Shown: in pieces, positions 54,930-64,000 of the stretch
Numbering within the stretch: position 1 is the first letter of the stretch
How the letters are laid out: each line of letters opens with the position of its first letter
Assembly (NCBI GenBank): GCA_951406725.2
Contig: OX597824.1
Span: forward strand, 76,880,001-76,944,000
Length of the DNA: 64,000 nt
Source: Octopus vulgaris
Taxonomy: Eukaryota
Direction: 5' to 3'
Position numbers and translations under genes: made by a program
Notes under the pieces: generated by a model
The model's database searches: none
What the model saw: only the letters and a program-made list of their open reading frames with translations
What the model was told of the DNA's origin: nothing

Positions 54930-55109
54930 GCTGTTATGTGAAAACAAGAAATGATAAACAAATAGGTCTGATGGTAGTGAAGACCTACAAGTAAAAAGGG
55001 ATGAGATCAGAATAAGGCTGGAACGTGTCCAGAGTTGTCTTCTCATAAGTACAGTCATGTGATAATAATATCAGTCCCCACTAGATGATGCCTTTATTAG
55101 GGCAGCACT

Positions 55110-55293
55110 TTAGGGGAGGGGACGAGTTGATTACATTGACCCAGTGTTCAACTGGTACTTAATTCATTGAACCTGAAAGGACGAATCGCAAAGTCGACCT
55201 TGGCGGAACGCGAACTAAAGAATGTTAAGACAGACGAAATGTCGCTATGCATTTCGTCTGGCGTGTTAATGATTCTGCCAGCTTGCTGCCTTA
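55110..55293 (-). mobile_element. SINE family M
   Basis: GCAAAGTCGACCTTGGCGGAA..GATTCTGCCAGCTTGCTGCC. Confidence 0.8.
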
Positions 55294-55361
55294 ATTAAAG
55301 TAGTAGTAGTAATGATAATGATGATGATGATGATGATGATGATAATAATAATAATAATAAC

Positions 55362-55686
55362 AATGATAAAAAAGGTACTGAATGATAAAAAAAAGGTACT
55401 GAAACCTATTTGAAAATGATACCAGGTGTACCATCCCTACAGGAAGTGCAAAAAATCGTGTTAACTGGAATGGCTCATGTACTGAGAAGAGCATTATCGC
55501 TGTGAAAACAACATCCATTCATGAATTTATTTATTTATTAATTTTTTAAATACTTATTTACCTGTGAATTTGCATGTGTAATCTGGGAATACATACAATG
55601 AGCTTCTCTGCCCTAGGTGTACGGAAAACACCCAGTGAGAAACGGAAGAAAATTTGAAAAAAGAAGGAAAAATAAATAATAATGAT
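55362..55686 (+). mobile_element. 5'-truncated R4/Dong-like non-LTR retrotransposon end in an (AAT)n tract
   Basis: GTETYLKMIPGVPSLQEVQKIVLTGMAHVLRRALSL* resembles the C-terminus of R4-clade ORFs; 3' UTR ends in (AAT)n; 19-bp 5' duplication. Confidence 0.7.
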
Positions 55687-56379
55687 AATCTTTTCTACTA
55701 TAGGCACAAGGCCTGAAATTTGGTGGAGGTGGGGGTTGGTGGAAAACTCAAGCGCCACACCAGGTGGCACATACTTTAGCTACATCACTATATAACCATT
55801 GGCTGTACAGTACTTTGTATCTTAAGCTTAATAACAATAAGTCATTTAGGTATATACAGCAGTTGGTGAGCCAGGTATTGAGTGCGTTGCAGTGTAAAAG
55901 AAATAAAGAACAGGATATTTTCTGAGGGGACAATCTCACAAAGACAGGAGTCAGAGAAATAATTTTAAATGCAAGATGTTACATCAGAATAGAGAAGGAA
56001 TACATCATTCAAGGAGACACACGTCTTTAACCAAAACAGACATGCTGTTACTTTAGGTTACTATGGAATGAAAGAGGTATCGAAGTGTTACTCTGAAAGA
56101 ATGCTAAACACTGCTTCGGTGATTAATGTGATAGATTGTATGGCTTACTACAAGTAGAACTGCAGGAAGTTTCAGCTATAGAATATAGTCAGTGAAGATG
56201 TAATGAATGAATATATAGCTTGAAGAATTGAAGAATTGACTGAGGAGGGAAAATTGGTCAGAAGTTTCGGTAATACTAAAAGTTCTTTGGATGTGTTGGA
56301 ATTTTTCTGGATGTGTTACTTTGGCCAGTTCAGTTATTTAATAAGATTTTCTGAAAATGTCCACTTCAGTAAATAGCAT

Positions 56380-56382
<3 letters not shown>

Positions 56383-56444
<62 letters not shown>

Positions 56445-56554
56445 CATTATCATCATCGTCATCATTGTTGTTGTTGTTGTCGTCTTCATCATCATCATCA
56501 TCATTGTCATCATCATCATCATCATTATTATTACTATTATCATCATCATCATCA

Positions 56555-56588
<34 letters not shown>

Positions 56589-56681
56589 CATCATCATTAT
56601 TATCATTATTATTATCATTATTATTATTACTATTATTATCATCATCATCATCGTCGTCGTCATCATCATCATCATCATCAC

Positions 56682-56735
<54 letters not shown>

Positions 56736-56752
56736 CATCATCATCATCATCA

Positions 56753-56825
<73 letters not shown>

Positions 56826-56838
56826 CATTATTATTATC
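56383..56838. repeat. (ATT)/(ATC)n compound microsatellite
   Basis: Direct reading. Confidence 0.95.
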
Positions 56839-57575
56839 TGCTAAGATATAAATGGAATAAGGGAAAGGAAATTTAATCAGGCCTCAACATAATGGATCAA
56901 ATTATGGAGAAAGTAGGAGAATCAAGTGCAAATGTAATACAGGATCAGTTTAGTAAGACCAGATAAAGTTACAGTCTATACAAGGACGGAAATATTCAAC
57001 TACACTCTTGCTATATTTCTGAATAGACAGCTGCTACTAATGTATTAGGCTAAGAACCAAAGTGCTTTTCTCCTTATACACAGGAAAGAAGCACTGTGCT
57101 TTTGATCCTTTGCAGAGTTGCTGATGCTGATGAGAAGGCAGCAGGAAGTTAATATCAGATTAGAGCCTTGCTTTAAATGTTTGCCACGGACTGGACTCTA
57201 CTGACACAACTCAAGCGGTTAGGTAGTTGTGTTACGCTGGGTCACTGGTCAAATCTACCACACAATTTGGCCTTGCTAGGTTTTGAAGTCGGAAGGTTTA
57301 GAATTCAAAGAAATGGAACAAATGCAGTAAGGCATCAACAGGTCTGATGATCTTGCAGTTCTGCCAATCCACTACTCTAAATTAGTGCCCTTTCATTGAC
57401 CACAGAAAAATGAAATGGAAAGCATAACCTTGACTGGATTTGAACTTACAGGATTTGAATTCACACAAGACACACCACAAGGCAATCTGTTCTACTTTCA
57501 AATGTTTCTGCTAATTTGCTATAATGGAATCTAATGGAGACTTGCATCTGTAAATAAGTTATTACCATATTTCTG

Positions 57576-57790
57576 TTAACCCTTTTGATACAGGCTCTGA
57601 CTCTGAAATATAAATGTCTTGCTTTCAAAAGTTCTGAATTAAAAATCTTCCACCAAACCTTAGTCACAATTTAGGTTCCTAACATTAGCCTCATGATAAC
57701 TAAGTTATTTTACTAAATTCTACGTTGTATCTAAAATCAATTGAAAGAAACACAGAGCATCTCAACAGAAATATATAACAAAAGGGTTAA
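57576..57790. mobile_element. piggyBac-like MITE
   Basis: TTAA-CCCTTTTG...CAAAAGGG-TTAA. Confidence 0.85.
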
Positions 57791-57948
57791 AATACACAAA
57801 ATTTGTTTCAATCAATTTTGATAATAATGACGAATTTAGAATGATAAAGAGGCTGGGAGCCTTTTTCAGTTCAGGAGTGAATCGTCTTCACATGTTCCTT
57901 AGTTGCAAACACATGTCACATAGCTGCAATAGAATGCTGTATCACCAA

Positions 57949-58616
57949 GGCGGTGAGCTGGCAGAAATGTTAGCATGCCAGGCGAAATGCTTAGGGGTTT
58001 TTTGTCTGCCGCTATGTTCTGAGTTCAAATTCTGCCGAGGTCAACTTTGTCTTTTGTCCTTTCAGGGTCGATTAAATAAGTACCAGTTACGCACTGGGGT
58101 CGATATAATCGACTTAATCCATTTGTCTGTCCTTGTTTGTCCCCTCTGTGTGTAGCCCCTTGTGGGTGATAAAGTAATAAGAAACATTAGCACGCCGGGC
58201 AAAATGCTTAGCGGTATTTTGTCTGCCGCTATGTTCTGAGTTCAAATTCCGCCGAGGTCGACTTTGCCTTTCATCCTTTCAGGGTCGATTAAATAAGTAC
58301 CAGTTACGCACTGGGGTCGATATAATCGTCTTAATCCATTTGTCTGTCCTTGTTTGTCCCCTCTGTGTGTAGCCCCTTGTGGGTGATAAAATAATAAGAA
58401 ACATTAGCACGCCAGGCAAAATGCTTAGCGGTATTTTGTCTGCCGCTATGTTCTGAGTTCAAATTCCGCCGAGGTCGACTTTGTCTTTCATCCTTTCAGG
58501 GTCGATTAAATAAGTACCAGTTATGCACTGGGGTCGATATAATTGACTTAATCCATTTGTATGTCCTTGTTTGTTCCCTCTGTGTTTAGCCCCTTGTGGG
58601 CAGTAAAGAAATAAGA
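57949..58616 (+). repeat. Head-to-tail trimer of SINE family M (217-bp unit)
   Basis: TTAGCA recurs at 57970, 58187 and 58404. Confidence 0.9.
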
Positions 58617-59086
58617 ATGCTGTACTACCAACAATAATGTAATCTATCAAATCCATCTACACATTTCTTAATACAGACTGCTGTTATGACCTCCATCCTC
58701 ATTTTAGGCCTCCATCGTAGATGGGTAGATTTGCTAGTATACTAAAAGCTGTTTCAAATTGTAGAAGGAAGATTACCATGGAATATTCTCAGGAGATCTT
58801 GAGAATATTCCCAGCAGTAAAGTTGATGGAAATTTGACAATGGGATTTTGCTCTCATCACACATACATGTAGGTAGACACAGGGACATTCACTCAATTAT
58901 AAGCTCATATATACACACAGATACATACGTCTCTTTCAGCATGTGTGTATATACACATACAGAGATTTCAACGCACACATGCACACATAAACATGTATCC
59001 ATCATACATACATATATTTATGTGTATTAGGTGTTTGTGTGTGCCTATATATATATACATATATATATATATATACATATATATAC

Positions 59087-59125
<39 letters not shown>

Positions 59126-59224
59126 CATACATATATATATATACATACACAGACACACACAATTATTTATAAATATTACATTATATATAATTATTTATAT
59201 TGTGGATATATATAATATATAAAT

Positions 59225-59306
<82 letters not shown>

Positions 59307-59421
59307 CACATGGACAAATATTCACACACACATGCATACATATTTACATGTATAAACATACAGATAGACACATACACATCTGTGTATAAAAATATGCCTC
59401 TCTGTGTGTATGTGAGTAAGT

Positions 59422-59474
<53 letters not shown>

Positions 59475-59975
59475 TCACGCATTTATAGATAATAGCAAAA
59501 CATAATTCTCAGCCAATAAGAACAGAAAACGATGTTTGGCAGTCAATTCTAATTATGGTAGATTTTTCTTTTAGATTGGAATCGGACGTGAGATTTCTTG
59601 TAATATAATGGAATCATCCATGACAAATGCATGTGCCATGTCTACAACAATAAATTGTTGCTCTCAACACTTTTGCGTTTCGTGTTTGGCTTTTGACAGA
59701 GTCACAGGACAGTTGGTGTGAGAGCAGGGGGGATTATTTCAGCCAAGTTCAGGATGTTGACATACGGATATAATGATCGAGTGTATGTGTGTGTATGTGT
59801 GTGTGTTTGTATTTGGAAGGAGAAGGGAGAGATAAAGAGAGAGAAAGAGAGAGGAGAAGAGAGATAGATAAAGTGAGGGAGTCTTTTAATATATCCGCCA
59901 TTGAAACTAGGAAACTGGGCCCATGTGCTTGGCTAGGCTTTAAAAGGACGCATTTATTTATATTTTAATAATAAC

Positions 59976-60019
<44 letters not shown>

Positions 60020-60024
60020 TAATA

Positions 60025-60215
60025 ATCCTTTCTAAAATAAGCACAAGGCCTGAAATTTTGGTGTCTATTCAATTACATTGCCTCCAGTGATTATATGGTG
60101 CTTACTTTATCAACCCCAAAAGGCTGAAAAGCAAAGCCTGGCTTTGCTGAATATGAACTCAGAATGTAAAGTTGGAAGACATGCCACTAGACATCTTATC
60201 AGGCGTGCTAATGAT
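60025..60215 (-). mobile_element. SINE family M, degenerate
   Basis: GCACAAGGCCTGAAATTTTGG..GAACTCAGAATG. Confidence 0.65.
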
Positions 60216-60617
60216 TAGGTGATATCGGTCTCAATCCAAGAAAGATGTTCCTGCAATCTCTCGCCAAATCTGAGCAGATGATTTGTTTATAGTAACCAAT
60301 GGTGGTGGTAGTGGTGAAGAAGATCTGGTGGGGGGAGGGGGGCAGGTAAATCAGTAACATGTCATTGACCAATATCATTGATGACAACAACAACAACAAC
60401 CATAAAAAATATAGCTGGTGATAAAAGAAATATAAAGTACCTGATTCGGCCAAAATGATTTATGGTAAAAACAAAAAGTGAATAGCCTCTTTCTTTGTTT
60501 TCCTTTTAAGTGCAAACAAGAATAACAACAACACTAATAATAACAATAACCAATAAATGCAACAATATTAACAACACTGATAGAAATCTGAGGAAGAATC
60601 TATTCTATTTCTAAGTA

Positions 60618-60670
<53 letters not shown>

Positions 60671-60686
60671 TTATATATATATATAT

Positions 60687-60741
<55 letters not shown>

Positions 60742-60818
60742 TGTATGTATATATATGTATATATATATGTATATATGTATAAATATATATATACATACAT
60801 ATATATATATATACATAC

Positions 60819-60849
<31 letters not shown>

Positions 60850-60854
60850 CATGC

Positions 60855-60942
<88 letters not shown>

Positions 60943-60950
60943 TATATATG

Positions 60951-60984
<34 letters not shown>

Positions 60985-61098
60985 AAATGGGAAGAATTAT
61001 TACAATTTATTGTTATTTCTGGTTTCTAGAATTGGTGATGTTAGCAGGCTTGAAATGGGAAATATATCAGCGTATGCATGTATGCATGTGTATATTTC

Positions 61099-61133
<35 letters not shown>

Positions 61134-61459
61134 TGCAATGTCACTGGTGCCAAGCTGTATCAGCTTTTACCTTTCCCTTGGACGATGCCAGTGGCATGTG
61201 GATGGGGACCTGTATGCATGGGCAACTGCTGGTCTTCCACAAACAACCTTACCCAAACTTCTGCTTTGGAGGGGAACTTTCTAGGTACAATACCACGGTC
61301 ATCCATGATCGAAGGAGGTCTCTACCCATTACCCTATACATGTACATATGTATGTCTGTGTTTCTTTACATGCTATTATTTATAACATATCTACCTGAAG
61401 ATCCAACATTCTCAGAGAGAATCTATGTTTATTACACACATGTGAGTGAGAACACTTTG

Positions 61460-61840
61460 AGATATTTTTGGTATCTAACATATGTCAGATACTGTGAGCG
61501 CTGCTTCTGATTGGTCAATCCATGGTGATGACCCGAGGTCATGGTGACAGCGCTGCTCCTGATTGGTCAATTCATGGTGATGACCCGAGGTCACGGTGAC
61601 GGCACTACTTTTGTCATTCATAAGTTACAACTAAACGTGAAGAATTTAGTTATTGGGTTAATAAAATATGGTCGTTTATTCGTGTGTAATACATAAAATA
61701 CCAAACTCATTCCCTATGGATACCGTATTTATTACAACTCGTGGCTTGTAAACGTATCTAACTCGCTTTCGTTCATTAGATACGTTTACAAGCCACTCGT
61801 TGTAATAAATACGGTATCCATAGGGAACTCGTTTGGTATT
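61460..61840. mobile_element. Element with a 52-bp tandem duplication (61497-61600) and a 144-bp terminal palindrome (61697-61840)
   Basis: AATACCAAAC..CCCTATGGATACCGTATTTATTACAAC / GTTGTAATAAATACGGTATCCATAGGG..GTTTGGTATT. Confidence 0.8.
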
Positions 61841-61859
61841 CTCTCTATATTACATGTGT

Positions 61860-62140
61860 GCATATGTGAGAGAGTGTGTATGTTGTGTCTCCTTTCCTTG
61901 ACAACTTCATGTTGAAGTTGTAAATGAGTGTCGCTGTGAAACAAGTAGGGTCAGATTCATTTCCAATATTGTCCATAAATATGTCTTGTCACAGGGAAAT
62001 ATTACCTTGCTTGAAAACAGGTGAAGGTTGGCAACAAGAAGGGTTTCCTGCCATAGAAAATCTGCTTCATAAACTTCATCCAATCCTATGCAAGAATGGA
62101 GAACTGGAAGTTAAAACGATGATGATGATGACAATGATGA
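61860..62140 (+). mobile_element. RTE-tailed element variant; relatives at about 27590-27830 and 54400-54670 (-)
   Basis: GGTTGGCAACAAGAAGGG..CCAATCCTATGCAAGAATGG..(GAT)n. Confidence 0.7.
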
Positions 62141-62152
62141 TCAAGGGAATAT

Positions 62153-62565
62153 AGGCATAGGAGTGGGTGTGTGGTAAGTAGCTTGCTTACGAACCACATG
62201 GTTCCGGGTTCAGTCCCACTGTATGGCACCTTCGGCGAGTGTCTTCTACTATAATCTTGCGCCAACCTAAGCCTTGTGAGAGGATTTGGTATACAGAAAC
62301 TGAAAGAAGCCTGGCGTATATATGTGTGTGTGTGTGTGTTTGTGTGTCTGTGTTTGTCACCACCCCCCCAACATCGCTTGACAGCCGATGCTGGCGTGTT
62401 TACGTCCCTGTAACTTAGCGGTTCGGCAAAAGAGACCGATAGAATAAGTACTAGGCTTACAAAGAATAAGTCCCAGGGTCGATTTGATTTGGTTGACTAA
62501 AGTCGGTGCTCCAGCATAACCACAGTCAAATGACCGAAACAAGTAAAAGAGTAAAAGAGCAAAGA
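62153..62565 (+). mobile_element. Full-length SINE family A
   Basis: Colinear with 4377-4783. Confidence 0.9.
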
Positions 62566-62900
62566 GTGTCCCCAAGCGTATGTGTAGGTGTATATATGCA
62601 TGTGGACACATTTTCCAGACTAAAGTGGACAACTTATGAATGTATTTAGTATCACAAATTACTATAACAGCCACCAATAACTGAAAAAAGATTCTGTTGC
62701 TATGGACCAGTGTTAAGTGAGAATATATTTCCTGGTGTACGTATGCACAATATATGAATGAGCCCTATTCTCTTGATTATTATAGCCAACAATACCTAAA
62801 AGAAGTTGTGTTGCTATGCAAATATCTTTGTGAATGTATTATAATTTATATTGCTTTCATTTTGTTTTATCTTATTTTATTTCTTATTTGTTGTATTTTA

Positions 62901-62931
<31 letters not shown>

Positions 62932-63349
62932 TTTTTCTTTTTGTATATTTCATCCAATTGATTTTGGTATTTGTATAAACCATACCATAGTCCTGCCAAC
63001 ATATGCCACATTGAATATAACTGGGTTGTATGCTTAATAATGAAATGACGATCTAAAAGTGCAAATATGGGAAGGAAAAAGGAGAAGAGCAATTTTTTTT
63101 TTAGATTTTTTTTTTTGTGTTTTTGTTTTCATTTTTTTTTTTGTTTTGGTTGTTCACATTTTGCTGAGACAAGTTATGATATATACCAGAAAAGAAGAGA
63201 GAGAGAGAAAATGACAAGTAGAGAAAAAGAAAGGGAAACATTTTGATTTCATTCATCGTTACAGCAATAATAGCCAAGTGGATATTTGGATTCTTAACAA
63301 AAAAAAAACAAAAAAAAACTATTAAACAGTGACACTGAGATTTTTTATG

Positions 63350-63999
63350 TTTGGTGCAGATCTGGTCGTGTGGTTAAGCAGTTCCGTTCACAGCCATATA
63401 GTTTCAAGTTCAATCCTTCTGCACAGTATCTTACACCTGTGTCTCATGCTTTGGCTCCAAACTGTGTCAGACTGTGAATCTCGCTGAGAACTACATTAAA
63501 GATACCTGTGTCTGTGGAGCTCTCAGCCACTTATACGTTAACTTCACAAGCAGGCTGTTTCCTGCTTTGGCTCCAAACTGGTCATTACCATGTGACTGAA
63601 CTTGATAGACAGACACTGTAAGAAGCTGATATGCTCCCAGCAAGAATGGTCAAGAGAGGTCTTACAATGCTATGCATTCTCTGTGTAATGGCATGGGGTC
63701 TAGTGGCTAGGCGTATTTGGTTCATGATCATAAGGTTGTGAGTTCAATTCCTGGAGACAACTTGTGTCCTTGAGCAAGACATTTTATTTCACATTGCTCC
63801 AGTCCACTCAGCTGGCAGAAATGAGAAAATACCTGTAATTCAAAGGGCCAGCCTTGTCACATTCTGTGTCACACTGTGAATCTCGCTGAGAACTACATAA
63901 AAGATACCTGTGTCTGTGGAGCTCTCAGCCACTTATACGTTAACTTCACAAGCAGGCTGTTTCATGCTTTGGCTCCAAACTGGTCATTAACTTGTGACT
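63350..63999 (+). repeat. Chimeric SINE A / SINE C region with a direct repeat of about 137 bp at a 402-bp offset
   Basis: 63462-63598 is nearly identical to 63864-63999. Confidence 0.8.
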
Positions 64000-64000
64000 G

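Noticed and set aside
60208-60453. Minus-strand ORF with plausible donor (about 60441) and acceptor (about 60326) sites
   Set aside because: It has a TTG start, low complexity and no protein motif; a non-coding exon cannot be excluded but cannot be supported.

Overview
AT-rich eukaryotic genomic DNA that is mostly repeats: dense (TA)n/(CA)n/(GAT)n/(AAT)n/(AGAT)n microsatellites, several tRNA-derived SINE families, RTE-type non-autonomous retroelements, decayed LINE fragments (RTE, CR1, R4/Dong, Penelope-like), piggyBac- and Tigger-like MITEs, a probable Helitron remnant and many foldback elements. The SINE repertoire and microsatellite load match what I recognise from Octopus (cephalopod) genomes; that is recognition, not a search result. 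I find no intact protein-coding gene, and nearly all listed ORFs are microsatellite or SINE artefacts. The window looks intergenic or intronic, next to a CpG-rich NRF1/ETS promoter-like element at about 850-910. Most notable are (i) about a dozen minimal type-I hammerhead-ribozyme-like motifs in several unrelated small repeat families, mostly next to (TA)n tracts and some in Penelope-style inverted repeats; (ii) a near-identical 330-bp x4.6 tandem array whose monomer carries YY1, ETS and CCAAT motifs; and (iii) long foldback hairpins. Coordinates of degenerate repeats are approximate.
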